Of a stretch of 64,000 nucleotides of DNA, positions 44,400 to 58,929 are shown piece by piece (the first letter of the stretch is position 1; each line of letters begins with the position of its first letter). Both the position numbers and the translations under genes were made by a program. The stretch covers positions 56,799,741 to 56,863,740 of the forward strand of contig CM041465.1 of NCBI GenBank assembly GCA_023213395.1. Direction: 5' to 3'. The notes under the pieces were generated by a model. It was given only the letters and a program-made list of their open reading frames with translations. It was not told the DNA's origin and did no database searches. This DNA comes from Cycas panzhihuaensis. Taxonomy: Eukaryota; Plantae; Cycadophyta.

Positions 44400-46400
44400 T
44401 GATCCACACTCTTCCATTATAAATGAACTTTAACTAATCCCATAAGGAAGAGTAAATTAGCCCTATCTAGTCCAACTATGGTCAACCCATAAGGAGTTTA
44501 TAATAAATGTTGATTTCAAGGATAATGATATTGGTGAGGATGGTTTTATCCTTAAGAGTAAGTAGAAATATGACTGTCCTAAGGGGTGCTTTTTCATTCC
44601 TATTGTATCCTTGGTATTTCTAAGGGACTAACTAAAGGGCTTTAGTGTTGAGTTTCTCAAGCATTTAGGTAAGTATGGCATTCACCAAAGATCCATTATC
44701 AACCATAATTCTTTTTAGTATGAACTTTAGGATTAAATGGTAATAATAAAGGGATAATGCCAAAAGAGCTCGTGTTCCTTGGTGGATGGTAGGTTGTTAG
44801 GATCAAAAGAGATGATAGATTAGTTAGGGGAGGTAGTGGTGATGATGTGGATAGGAACTTCCTTATGCCTTAGGGCATCTAGAAGTAGGTTTTATTAGTC
44901 AGGCCATCTCTATAGGATGTCCATCATGGGCATTCCTACAAAAATAATATGAAGCTCTTTCACTACAGAAAATTATTCCCCTTCCTAGTGGGTTAAGGAA
45001 GGGCACTTCTAAAGTTGTATCGACCAAAAGAGATGGGAATTATCTTAGGCAAGATAAGGATCTCTATTATAAGGGGCTCAATACATGGTTATTAAGAAGT
45101 AAAGGCTTCTCTGGCTACTTGGGCTTAGGTAATAGGAAACACTTGGGTTATATTAAGCATTTGGATGACCCTTTTGCCTTTAGCATTATAGTATTAGGAA
45201 GCTTGAGTTGGGTCTTGGGTTTTAGAGGAAGGGAATCCTATTGGCTTAGGTTGGGGTTTATTCTTGAATTAGTCTGGAGAAGGCCTAGATAAAGGCCTTT
45301 TTTAAGGTTGGGTTTATCCCCTTCCTTATTGGTCATATGGTTAGTTTGGTTGTTTAGGGGCATCATGGTTTGAAAAGGGATCTTGATGGATTGATTATTT
45401 GAGATTAGGTTTAAATGTAGATTATAGAGGAGGATCTTAAGGCAGTGTTTATTTAGGATGTTAGGTCCAACAATGGGTATCATCATGTGTACAACTCCCA
45501 TAAATAAATCGCCACTTCTTCTTAAGAGGGCATAGGGTCTTTTTATCTTAGAAAGGGGCATGATTAACCCCTTTGGATAAGAAAGGGTTTGGGTAGCTTA
45601 ATGGACTAATTTATACCCATATAAGGAGACAAGTATCTCAAGTTAGCTAGAATATTATTGAATTTTTAAATATTTAATTATTTATTTAAATGAGTGAATG
45701 GTAGAAATAAGAGAATCTATTATCTTGTCAGCATTGTTAATAAGGGGCCTTAGAGCCTATGGTTGGGTCCTTTGGTCTAATGATGGAGGTAATATCTCAT
45801 AACATAGGTAAGGTTCATTAACCTTTTTAAGACATACTTAGATATTGATAGATTCTAAAGTAAGGCATTTGGTAATTGCTAAGTCACAAGTGGTCACACC
45901 TATCTTAAATACTTTTACATAGACTTTAGAGGAAAGGGCATTAACAAAAATATCTCTCTTGAGGTCCCCATGTAATATGGCCTTGGATAAATAGAGTAGA
46001 TAATGAAAATGACATATAAAGTCTTTATCAAGCTTTTCATAGCCTTGTTTAAGTAAGAAAAGGGCTTTAGCTCCACTCTTAAAAGGGTGAGCAATGTTAA
46101 AATAATTGATAAAGGTATCTACCAACTACTAAAAATTGAAAATAGAATGGGATAGTAGGAAATAAAACTATTTTAGAGCTTCTCCATATAGAGATCTCAA
46201 AAATAACTTCATTAAGATATAGTCATAAGACCAATAGTCGATACATGGCTTGGAAAATATTCTAACATGATCAATAGGGTCTAAGCATAAAGTACCCTTA
46301 AACTTGGTTACTTTAAGAGGGTGGGGTAGTAAGTTAGTTCTAAGGGCTTTTAAGGAAGGTAGACTAATCTTATAGTCAACAAAGGGGCATTTCTTAGGTT
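44400..46400 (-). pseudogene. G1 gag core (45838-46400) and protease (~44400-44760) remnants
   Basis: KVTKFKGTLCLDPIDHV...LVDTFINYF...; IMVDNGSLVNAIL. Homologous to plus-strand 54204-56130. Confidence 0.8.
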
Positions 46401-46486
46401 AAGCTAAAGGATAGAGAGGTGGAAAAGTGAGCTAAGGATGATAGGCTACTTGTATTTGGGGCCCACCATAAGGGATGTACCCTTGC

Positions 46487-49400
46487 TAAAGTGATCTTAA
46501 ATTCAATCTATTTCCATAAAAAATAAAAAAATAAAAATAAAAATAAAAGCTAAATAGGTAAATTACCCTAAGAACCAAGTGCCAAATAAAATTAGGATTA
46601 AACTAAAAATAAAACTTAAAAAATGAGTTAGTGATCTCTCTAATTTATAAGTGCTAATATGGCTCCCTATTAAAAAAATTTACTTTAATAATAATATTAA
46701 TTATAAAATATCAACTTCTTAATATAGAAACCAACTTCATAATAATTTAAAAGTATCACTCCTTAATAATAATAAAACTAACTTCTAATAAAATACCAAC
46801 TTCTCCTTAGAATTAAATCACTACAATGTATCCCTCCTTTAGAGAATACTTTGCCCATGAAGTATTTATAATTTTGTCACTTGGAAGTTTGGAGCATGTA
46901 TGTCCTTTTGTATATATCTTCAATCCTCCGCTTGTTAAACCTTGAATATCATAGGTTTTAGATTCTTTATTATCTTACCATCTTAAAGTAGACCATATAT
47001 ATCCTCTTCTCATTTATAATACTTCTCTATCTATAACTACTTTTATAGGTGGCTCACTCATTGATTGATCCTTAAACTTATTCACTCTAGGGTCTCACAT
47101 CCCAATTATATATTATGTCCACTTGTAGTTATCCTTAAGGAAAATTTGAGAGATTATAAGGAAAAGTTATGGGATATAGAAATTATATTAGGAAGGTAGA
47201 TTTTGGAAATAAAGGGGTAGGGATATAAAGGTGGGATTACATGTAAGGGACATATAATATGAGGGTTAAATTACATGAGGGGAGGTATATATGGGTACAT
47301 ATTAAGGATAGGGAAAAAAAAAACATAGAGGATATGGATGAGTTGTATTAGGGAAAAAACTAGGAGGAAGGATATATGGGGATTTAAATAGGGAATGTGA
47401 CATTTGGATAAGAGATGGATAAAAGGATTTATGGGTGATGAAGGTGTCATTATATATAATAGAGGGTAAATAAATCTAGATCTACTAGTGAATTTGGGGT
47501 TTGATTAAGATAAGGAAAAAGAGTAGGGAATAAGGGAGGCATTCCTTATTAGAAAAGGATTTTGGTAATGGCATGTGAAGATGATTTGTAGAGTAATACA
47601 AAGAGTTCAGAGAAAATAATACAGGGTAGTGAAAAGGTTAGTGGTAATAAGGATAGGGGGTAGAGGGAAAAGATAATGCTTTATAAAGGGGATGTATAAT
47701 AATAGTATTAGAGGTTGACACTTATTGAGAGGAGGTCAAAAGATGGGAATATGGGGGTGATGCTAAAGAGACTTCCTAAGGAATGGGATATGAAAGGGTA
47801 TCTAAAGTGGAATAAGAATTTCACCTACTAGAAGTACAGGGGCTAGAGCTTCAAGTTCTAATTTATTTATAGGATTTTGTCATATAAGGTGGGGGGAGGG
47901 AGTTTGTAAGGCTATAGAATTTCAAAAACTAAGATGAATAAGAAACTTCTAAAAGAAATAGATAAATGTAAATATAATTAAAATTTAAATTAGGTATCCT
48001 TTTAGAATCATCCTACATCTTAGATCCTTCCTCAAGTGACTCATTAATCAACATTTCCTTAATTGATTCATACAAGTTATTTATGGCTTCATCGTATTAC
48101 TCATGGATAGGCTTCTCATTGGATTATTCTTTAATTTGATTACCCAATTCTTCACGTGTGCTACTTTTCTTTTCGTCATGTGGCTCCTCTATAGGCTCCT
48201 CACTAAATTATTTTTCTACTTACCTATCTCTTACTTTCATTTTCCTTGCATAATCTCTCATGCTCTCTAGAAGAGCTAAGATTTTCTAACACTCACTTCT
48301 AATGTCTTTCTCTTAATATTTATTATTAGAATTTGTATAGGCTAGGTAGACTTGATAGTGTACTTATTATAATACTCAAGCCACCACCTTCTAATTCATT
48401 TATGAAAGAGTATGAGAACTCTTCTTTAGAAGAGTTTACAATGAATCTAATAAGATATATTAGAGTCCTATGTATAAACCTTTATACCTAAATATATCTT
48501 AATAATTGGATAAAATCTAATTATTAGTGTTTTAGAAACTTTAAAATATGATTCAACCTTATCAATCTATTATATGGGTCATACTTTTCCTTCTCCCATG
48601 AAAATAGGGATATCTAGCCCTATTATTAACTTTAAATAATAACTACTATGATAAACTATCTTAAAAATACATTGAATAATAGCTCAAAATAATGGCCTTT
48701 GAATTAGGATTCTAATGCTTTAGACAAATTCAAATTCTGACACCTATAGCAAAAGGTATGGCCCTTTTAAAGTGGATCATGATTAGGGTTTTTAAGGACT
48801 ATAGTAATACTTATTATGAAAATGTTAATAACCTTTTACTCTAATATCTAATCGATCTAACCACTTCTAATGAAAAGTAGACGTTAAAACCCATAGATTC
48901 AAAAAATATTTGAGATTAATTAGATACATGTGACCAAAGTTATGGCTATTTAAAGTTGTAGCAATAGATTTTAGACACCAAAGGTAGTGATCGATAATAG
49001 GCTAAAACTAAATTTTCTATAATTTTTATAATTTCACTCTAAAACCTACACTATAACCACTCAAAATTTATAAAATAGGCATAGTCAATTCAAATTCATG
49101 ATTATTTTTCTAAAATTCTCTAGTTTGTACTCCTAAAAATGTAGATTTTTTATACACCAAAAATGAGTCTCTACTCCCAATTAAAGTGGTCCTAAATTAG
49201 ATCTACTTCCATAAACAGAAAAGAAAATTTAAACAAAAGCTTAATAGGTAAATTATCCTAAGTACCAATTATCAAATAAAATTAAGATTAAACATAAACT
49301 AAAACTTATAAAATGAGTTTGGGATCTCCCCTATTTATAGGTGCAAATATGGATCTCTATTAAAAAAATTAACTTTAATAATAATATTAATAATAAAATA

Positions 49401-49524
49401 CTAACTTCCTAATATACAAATTAACTTTATATTAATTTAAAAGTATCACTTCTTAATAATAATAATAATAATAATGACTTTTAATAAAATACTAATTTCT
49501 CCTTAATGGAATAAGATCACTATA
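46487..49524 (-). mobile_element. Degenerate ~3-kb LTR element, probably a gypsy chromovirus (CRM-like) derivative
   Basis: Direct repeats 46487-46825 and 49182-49524 with near-inverted termini (taaagtgatc...atcactaca). PPT aaaggaggga on minus at ~46831-46840. PYFHG gag-like remnant at ~48600. No clear TSD. Confidence 0.65.
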
Positions 49525-51069
49525 TCGGTTGGTAAGATTGGTACTAATGTATAGGTTAAGGAATGCCCCCAACCTAATACAGAGTTATTACTCAGGTATA
49601 GGGGAAAGATATATACAGAGGTGGGTATTCATATCTTGAAACCCCATATAAAATAGGTGGATAGGATGTACCACCTTATGTAACAACTCCCTCAAAAATC
49701 AATGCATAAGGTGGGATAAATAAATGGCTAGGTTGGGCTTGGTAAGTTTAGGTAGGCGACACTTAATAGATAGGGATAGGTTGAGGCATTATAGGTTAAT
49801 AGGATGGAGTGAGGTAAGATGAAGGATGAGGTAAGACATTCTACCATATGGGCCTCTAATCAAACGGAAAACACTATATGGGTGAAGCAGGTCTATGTTA
49901 TAAATAAACAAAGGATAAGGTCCACCTTACCCTTACTAATAAGTAATATAGCCAAGTAGGATAAAGAAAGACTAGTTAGGCTAGGAAATTGGTTAGACAT
50001 GCTAGAAATGATAAGGAGGAGGTCAAGGGACCTTGATAGGTCCTATAAAGCGAGGGTATGGTGAGACTCTGGTATTAAGGAAGGGGTCCAAGCTATAATT
50101 GGTTAGGGGATAAAGGCATGAAGGTTGCTTGCTAGAAGAGTAAGTAGAGGGATAGATGGCATAGGCTAGGAAATTGCCTAAGTAGGCTAAGAATTTTCCT
50201 TGAATGAAGGACCCATAGATTGTTTAATCATCAACTAAGGTTAAGTAAGTGAGGGATGCTTAGATAATTGTTTAAGAAGCAACCTAGGGCTAGATAAAGG
50301 AGGGTATAACTAGAATAGATGAAGCAAAGGTAGAAGCACCAAAGAATAAGTAGTGGGCCTACATCCCTCAAATTAGACCCTTAAGATGATAATTATATAC
50401 AAGGAGGTATTTTTAATCTACAATAGGTCAAAAACTTGCTTGTATACTTAATCTTAATTAAAAGAGAAGGCCTAAGTTGATGACTCAAAGATTTGTGAGG
50501 GATCATAGGATTAGGAAACCTTGATGATGTGAGTAAAACACCCTACAGGGTTTTAATAGAAACCTTCTACTTCATAGACTTGGTATACTAGGTCAACACC
50601 TTCCTAATAAGGCTATTAGGAAGGGTAAGGCTCTATGCATTAGGGTCAATCCTAAGCATAGGCTCGATATGGATCTTGGGATTGATAAGGATCCTAAGTA
50701 ATTTAGGGATCTTAAGGTTAGTATGAAGGTTGATCCTCAAAGGGATCTTAGGACTACTTAGAGGGGAATTAACCTATCATTGGGTAATGGTCATTAGGAA
50801 AAGAATCAAGTAGATAAAATAGATCAGAATTAAATAAGGGAAGGCCTCAAAGGATGGAAGAGAATTGTCATATATGAGAGGCAAGGGTAAAAGAAAATGA
50901 ATAGGTAGTAAGGGTGATGTGCACCTAGGCTCCAACGCTAAGTAGAAGGCATGAGGGCTCCTTACAAAGGTAGATAATGAAGTAATTAGAGCCTTAACAT
51001 ACCTTAAAGATCTAAAACAAAGAAGAAGAAGAAGAAGAATGAGAAAGAACATCATAATGTAAGGCTAGC

Positions 51070-51101
51070 CCCCTACTGGCGAGTCACCAGTATGGTCACC
51101 A
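51070..51101 (-). promoter_or_regulatory. Decayed tRNA-Arg-type primer binding site of G1
   Basis: Minus strand TGGTGACCATACTGGTGACTCGCC, 5 nt from the LTR end. Resembles TGGCGAC-type Arg PBSs after CpG decay. Homologous block at 1323-1352. Confidence 0.5.
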
Positions 51102-51106
51102 GTTAA

Positions 51107-54100
51107 TACGTCAAGTAGGGGGAGAAGATGTATAGATCACAACCTTGAAATGGGCCTAAAGGATGAGGGGGACTTGAGTAGGAAAGGGCATAAACATATC
51201 CCCCCCCCCCCCCCCCCCCACAAGGACACTCATCTCTTGTATTCAAATGTGAGGATGTTTGATACTGTGTTTGGCTAACTAGGCTAAAGGCAATGTATAT
51301 GTGACATGCTAAAAAAGGTGATAACAAGAGGAAAACCAATGTTAACTATAACTAACTAACAAATAAAAAAGAAAGTGCAATGTAAGCATGTAGATGAGAT
51401 AAACATGCATCAATCGAGGAATAAGAGCTAAAAACTAACTAATAATAGCTTGAAATAAAATTAATCAAATTATAACTAGTATCCTTAGAAGGAGTTTTCA
51501 ACATATAGAAAGCCCTCATGATATGAGAGGGTTAATTAAGCATGAATGGACATAACTTCTACATTACTATGTGTCTATACTATGCAATTAACCCCCAAAG
51601 CTAATTGGCTTATCCTAACCTAGACCTAACAATAAAGAACTCAATCTACAAAACAAGAAAATGACTACCCAAAGTAAGAGGTCTAAAGGAATCAAGACCA
51701 TAGGATAGATCTACTTATGGGTAATTAGTGGAGAGTCATGAATATTAGTGATGGCTCTTATATAAGTGTGAGAATGGCTTAGCAGTATGTGTATCTGATT
51801 CTAATAAACCTCAACCTTTATGAAGGTGAAAAGGATAGAGGCCACTACTCTCAATAGGAGGGATGAAGTTCACTTGACTATCCATACCCTATGAATTAGC
51901 ATGTGACAAGGATAGGTATCTTTTTAACAACCTATTTAGAACACAGATCAAAGACTCAACACATAAAGGCACAAGATAACCTCTCTTATTTGGTAATGAC
52001 ACCCCAGTAAAAAGAAAATTGTTCCATCTATTTAGTGGAAAGAAAGACCATATATCTTAAAAGAGACTAAAGAAGCAAATAAGTCATATATCTAATGTAA
52101 CTAATATATAGTTTTGATTATATGGAAATAGCAACATAACTTAGCTATTTAAAATAAGATGTCACCCTACAGATTCAAGGACTCGCAACAAGGATGAACC
52201 TCTTCTTTGTTGGGCCTTTGAGAAAGCACATACTAAAAGCAAAGATGCAAATATAATATGCAAGACAAAAAAAAGAAATCTTTTTAACCCTTCTTCTTCT
52301 TATTCTTTTCTCTTTTCTTTTCATGATGAAACCCTATGAGCAACGGAGAAGAAGAGTAATAAGCAATACTCCAAGCACATAAGCAAACCCACTTTCTTTA
52401 ATGTTCTTCTTTTCAAAGCAAGAGTAGGAGGTCAAAATGATGATTTATGAGTTTTTTTATTTTTGTAAATAAAGCTACAAAGATGGGGTTTATGAAGAGT
52501 ACCTAGTGGGACATGCCAAATTACCAATTTTAACCCTTTCCAAAGTAGAATTTTAGCTCTCCAAATCATTGATAAGACTTAACACAAGTTAGGCTAACAT
52601 ACTATATGGGTAACAAATTTTCTAGGAAAAATCTAGCAACATTTCTACTTGCCAAATTAGATTATGATAAAATAAATTTATCTAAAAACTAAAAATGCTC
52701 AAAAATATGATTAAACAAACTTTGATACTAACCTTTTGTGTAGCCTTTTTAGTGGAATTTTGACAACATAATGATTATACAACAGGTATTGAACTTTGGT
52801 GAGAAAGAGGATGGAAAGAGGGAGGGGGAAAGAGGATCTCCAAGCCACCTTGCATGCTCTAAAACCTACAATAAAACTTGTAGAGGTCTGCAACTTGTAC
52901 CAGTCAATGACATGCAAGACTACTATAACAAAAGACAAATGGAAAATCTACAAAATAAGCAAAGTAAACTAAACATTCAAAGTAATTAAAAGCAAGTGTG
53001 AAATGGGCCTTAGAAATAACAAAGTTATCCAATTATTTTGGATCCCAAATAAGCAATATTAGCCCCTCGTTCAACTATAAGACACCAACAAATAGAGGAG
53101 GTAAAACATGCAAAAGAAATAGAACCAAAACAACACGACAAACAAGCATAGACAAAGGAAATTCAATGGTATAAAGAGAAACAAATAAAATCTCAAAAAA
53201 AAAGATGAAAATGCTAGATTTATGGGAGGATTGCCTCATTTCAAGAGATGAAAGGATGTCAATGACTATCTACTCCAGCCAATGAATGCCCAACAACATC
53301 CAGTGATACAACTTAAACTTAAGAGTGGAAGCCAATGAGGAAGATTAGATTAACTTAAGCAACCTGGTGAAAATCTAGCAACCTAATGATAACTCAATCA
53401 ACTCACAATATGATCTCCCATTTTCAATGAAAATAGGGAGGTATAGATAAACATAGGTGAAGGGTTAGGCCTATGGTTTCAAGCCCATAGATTTAAGAGA
53501 AATGGTGGGCTAAAACCATGGGTAAAAGCCCATGGTTTTGATGAGAAATGATAAATTTAGGTAATTAATGGCCTATGGTTTTTATGAAGCTATAAAGAGG
53601 CCCTGCATCTTAATGCCATAAATGCATAGCCAAACATAGGCCTAAAAAAAAATTATAAGTGAAAAGTCATATTGCAAATTTGGTATAATATCGTGAAGAA
53701 TCTTCATAGTACTGTGAAGCTTTAGTTTTTTTTTTTTTTTTTTTTTTTTTTTATATAGTTTTATACCAAATCAGTAAAAAAAATAAAAAACATAATGCAA
53801 TATGATGAAAAATAGGGTGGGACAAGCAACAATCATAGTAGGATAAGAGGAAAAGGATTGAAACAAATCAAATTAGACAAAAAAAAGACCAAAAGAGAAG
53901 GTTGAGCTAAGGAAAGACATAAATAGAGCAACAAATTGACAAAACATGTGTTATAGAGGTACTAAAGGGTTATTTTTAACCCATTAAGCTCAAATGAACA
54001 ATAATAAAGCCATTAACCATGATTGAAATCATCATCAATAAAGCACAAACAAATCCATCTAATATGTCAATGGGTAAATGAGAGTATATGTTTATAAAAC

Positions 54101-54203
54101 AATTACTCTAAGCTATACTAAGCTAAACTAAGAAAGGAACAAGCATATACATTCACTTACTTATTGGCATGATGTCCATGAAGCTCCTAGATTACATAAA
54201 ACA
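51107..54203 (-). repeat. 5' LTR of G1
   Basis: Colinear diverged copy of 4891-7967; contains C20 (51200-51219) and a long T run (~53726-53752). Confidence 0.75.
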
Positions 54204-56335
54204 TCACCCACATGAAGTACCTATATTTGAGAGTACGTATTCTCAAGACCTAGGGGACCATATTTATACCTTCACCATGGCATGTATCAACTATTGTCCT
54301 TATGACCATAGTTTAATGAAATTATTCCCTTAGTCTCTTTAGGGTGATGCCATAAGGTGGTTCTATTGTCTACCTAGTTGTTCCATCCAATGCTTCTAGT
54401 AATTAGTGGACACTTTTATAAACTACTTTGACATATCATATCCCTTTAAGAGTGGGGCTAAGACCCTTCTCTACCTAAAGCAAGGTTAAGATGAGTTAAA
54501 CTATAATTTTTTATCACTTCCATGACCTACTTCACCTGCCTAAGGCCATAATGCCTAAAGACTTAAAGTGGGATATCTTTATGAATGCCCTTTGTCCTAA
54601 GTTACATGCAAAAGTGCTCAAAATAAGTGTAACTACATGTGATTCTATAATCACCAACTGCCTTACTTTAAATTCCATCAAGATCCAAGTAGGCCTTAAA
54701 AAGCTAAATAAGCCAAAACCACAATGTGAGGTACCCCAAGTGTTGTGGGATTGTAGGCCTCAACCATAGGCATCTAGGACTCCTATTATGACTCTTGGTA
54801 AGATAATGGATTCACTCACCTTAATTATTTGCTTATTCAAGTAAGTACTAAGAGATCAAAAACTATAATTGGTACAAAGCTAATAAGAACTTATTATTCC
54901 CCCGTAAGGGCCTAAACAAGTTCATTAGGCGATGTAGACTCACCCTACTACTAAAAGTAATGAACTAATCCCTCCTTTTGAAAAGGATTATTAAGCCCCT
55001 TATGAGAAAAGGTGGTTCTAAGTGCACCACCATTATACACATGATGATGTCCATTACTGGACCTAACATCTTGAGTTGGCACTGCCTAAGGACCCTATAA
55101 TTAAACTAACATATAAGCCGAACCTTGACCAATTGGTTCATAAGGATCCATTCCCTAGTCATGAAGCCCAAAGCTCATAAGGTTAGCAACCAACCCAATA
55201 AAGAAGGGAAAGACCCTAGCCTTAAAGAAGGCCATCATCCACATCTCCACAAATTTAACTTAAGGAGAATACTCAGACCAAACCAAAGATCCATGTTCCT
55301 ATGGACTAAGAGCCTTTAGAAGTATCCTACTAATATAACACCAAAGGTAACAGAGACATCTAGATGCTTAAGACAACTCAAGTATTTGCTATAACCTGAG
55401 CTTAGGCAATTAAAGAGACTGAAGGAGCCTCTTCCCTAGAAACCTATTAAACCCAACCAACTAAGATCCCTCTCCTTTCTAAGACTATTCCTATCCATCT
55501 AAGACACTATGATTTAAAGAGTGCCCTTCCCTAACCTACAAGCAAAGGGAAGAATTTCTCAATTATAAAGGATCTCTAGATCAATATCAGTAGGTATGTT
55601 TATGATGGACATCCTACGAAGCTACCTATACTAATACAACTATCTTTTAGAAGCCTTAGGCCAAAAGGAAGTTCCCATTCACTCTTTCCATGTGAAACTC
55701 ATGTGTAGACCCCTCGTCATATTTGATTCAGAGGATCTTCCTTCTCTGAAGAAAAGGAAGTGCCATTAGAAATCCCCCTTCACCATTACCACAGAAACCC
55801 TTGAGTTTGTTCTGAAAGGAACCATGGTTGATAATAGGTCTTCTATTAATGTAATACCTTCTCAAATGCTCATGGAGGTGGGCATCAAGGCCTCAAACCT
55901 ATTCTTTGGAATTATTAAGGATATGATGGGAATGAGAAATCCCCATTAGGGATGGTTAAAATTCCCCTCACTCTAAAAGACAAAATTATACTCATAGAGA
56001 TAATAGTCATGGATATGAATATTGACTATAATCTTCTTTTGGGTCACGCTTGGTTAGACCACATTGGGGTAGTCTACTCCTTCTTATAGTGTCAACTCAA
56101 ATTCTCATATAATAGTTAAGTGTACATTGTGACATGCAAAGCCTCCTCTACTAGTTCCTCCCAACCAACTATTAGGGCAATCGTTAGTGATGAGGATGAA
56201 GAGATGACCTAATAGGATCCATATCTTAAGTCACTCTTCCAAGGTCTAAGTCCTTTATATGATTTAAATCTTTTATGCTTAGGATCTAACATGGTTTGTT
56301 TTGCTCTTAATGGTGTGGGTACCTATGGATATAGA
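54204..56335 (+). pseudogene. G0 gag core and protease remnants
   Basis: EVPIFES...DHIYTFTMAC...LMKLFP*SL*GDAIRWFYCLP..SI; MVDNRSSINVIP...IIVMDMNIDYNLLLGHAWLDHIG. Confidence 0.85.
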
Positions 56336-58656
56336 TGTCAAACTAATATATATAGTACATATCACTACTTGGTTGTCTAATCACACTCTAAGGGCCACTT
56401 AATTAATTGATAATTAATTATATAAAGAAGTATGCATATTATAACCCCCTAATACATATTAAAGGAGTAATCATAATAATTTAATATTCATAGGTTAACA
56501 TTACCTTACATTCTCTACTTAATGTTTGATCCACACTATATAACTACCTCAATTACGATGCCAAGTCTATATAAAAGCCAAACATTTTTCATAGCACATG
56601 AGAAACTAGCCACTATACCTACTAATTCTCTAGAATGGCCTTCCCATACATGTTTCACCATATTTACCTACCAACTAACCTTCACTTACTCCTATTTGCA
56701 TATTTCTAGCTCTTCTAGTTGAGCCCATGTATTTAGGAGAAATTTTGAGCTAAAAATCCTAAGCCCCATCTACTACATCATGGAACAAACATGTAAAAAT
56801 AATTACTTGAGTATAAACATGTAATAAAACACCTCTTTTTTAAACCATGGGCTTCATCTTAACACTTTGCTAAGTTAAATTCTAAAGTTTACATGATTAA
56901 AATTACCTTGAAATTTTCTCAAATCATATCATATGACTACTTATTAGAAATCCCTATGAGCAACTTCATAATGCAACTAATGACACTCAATTCTGTTATC
57001 GCATGAGAGAGATCTAGCCATTTTACTAAGTATAGGTCCTTAAAAAATTTAAAAAAAAAGTGAAAATTAGGCATATAGCCCCTTTTAATTTGGCTTCCAA
57101 TTTTCCATTCAACCTCCTACAAGAGCTAATTGTATTTTAAAACACATTAAAAATATTTTAATATCACTTTATAATGTTAAAAAAAAAAACAAATCTTCAT
57201 TCTTGTATCATCTCATGGCATGCGTGTGACCTTGAAGAGATAAAATCAATGCCTAATCATCATTTCTTCACTAATTTCACTTTTATAAGCTTTAAACAAG
57301 TAAATTTCAATGTTGTGCACATAACGACAGCCCTAGATTTAGTTGAAAATGTCTCAAAGAGAAGAAAAATATAGTTAAAATTGCCCAACTTTTGCCAAAT
57401 TTACTCAACATTATAACAAAGCCACCCAATCTCTATTTTATACTTTAATTCACTTTTGTAGGCTACCAACACAGTGATTTATCATCTCCAATCATTTTTA
57501 GATCTAAACACAAGCAAAACATAGGAAAAAAATGGTTTCATCTATCATCATAACCATATAAACCCTCACTACTTCATTGGCATTATACCACAACTCTAAC
57601 AACAACTTACAACCTCTATTTATGCTTCGAATCTCTGAGTTTTCTATCATAAGCCCCATCTATCTCTATTCCAAATTATAAATAAGAGAGTGCATAATAG
57701 TTTACACAAGATCTATCTAGCCACGTAGCTTCTCTGCATCAAGTGACAATAACATACAAAAATACCTATCATTTAATAAATGATTGTGGTAAATACCATC
57801 TATAATAGCTTGTTATAAAAGTCCCAATCACCTTAATATTGCAATCTCAACCTCTTATTGATAGGGTGATGCACCAATAAACCTTAACAAACCTAATCTT
57901 CTCATTACACTCTCATAGTTAGTTAACAAAATTTCACAAAATATTGGTTCTCTTAATCAACAAGCTCTTTATCTTATAGCCCTATTATGCTAGTATTCTC
58001 AACATGAGCTAATGAATCATCTACTACTCTCAACATGTTGCAAAACCCTCATCCATCATGGGCTAATCATGATATAGGGAAAAATCGTGACCTTATCACC
58101 ACATCACTAGCCTTATAATGTGATCAAACATGTATCAAAAGCTCCACTCTTGGATTCATATGTAACAACTACGTGCGTATTGGAAACATACAAATAACTA
58201 GTCAAAAAATTAATTTAAAATTTGGCAAACCTTTATGGGATTTAAGATAATTGAAACACCTATGCTCTCAACTTAATTTTCATGCACCAATACCAATATG
58301 CTCCAAGTGATCACACCAATATGCTTTAAGCTCATGACACCAATATGCTTCCACGTGCCTTATAAAACTATAGTTTGAAACCATCCACAACTTGCAATAG
58401 AACCTCACTTGATAAACAAATAGGCTACCCCCTTTATTGGTCATAAACAAGTATATTAAAATAAGTTCAAAATAAACTCTTGACAAGTGAACATACTCAT
58501 AGTCTTATAACCTAAAAATGGTCAAAACAAACCTGAACTAGGGCTCTGATATAACTTGTTAGAAATAAATACCCAAACACAAGTCTAGAAATATACAATA
58601 CTATAAAATATAAGACATGTAAGTGAATAATAAATAAAAGAATATGTACAAATATA

Positions 58657-58714
<58 letters not shown>

Positions 58715-58871
58715 ATACATATCATCACTTCGTTATCCAATCATATTCTAGGAACTGCTTAGTCAACCAATGATTAATTATATAAAGAAGTGTGTGCACT
58801 ATGACTCCTTAGTGCACATGAAAGGGGTAATCACAACAATTTTAATATGAATAGGTTAACATTACCCAACA
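56336..58871 (-). mobile_element. Non-autonomous copia-type LTR element (~2.5 kb) inserted in G0
   Basis: 5' LTR 58557-58871 (contains (TA)n(GA)n at 58659-58714) with decayed Met PBS 58543-58554. Shorter 3' LTR 56336-56510 with adjacent PPT. TSD ATAGA/ATAAA. Confidence 0.7.
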
Positions 58872-58929
58872 ATAAACCTTTCCCATAAACCAGTTAATTA
58901 AAGCCATGTTGGCTTAAGAGGATGATTTA

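Noticed and set aside
58285-58350. Three caccaatatgct-like repeats with short spacers (CRISPR-like)
   Set aside because: ~24-bp period minisatellite inside a plant LTR element; spacers are too short and there are no cas genes.
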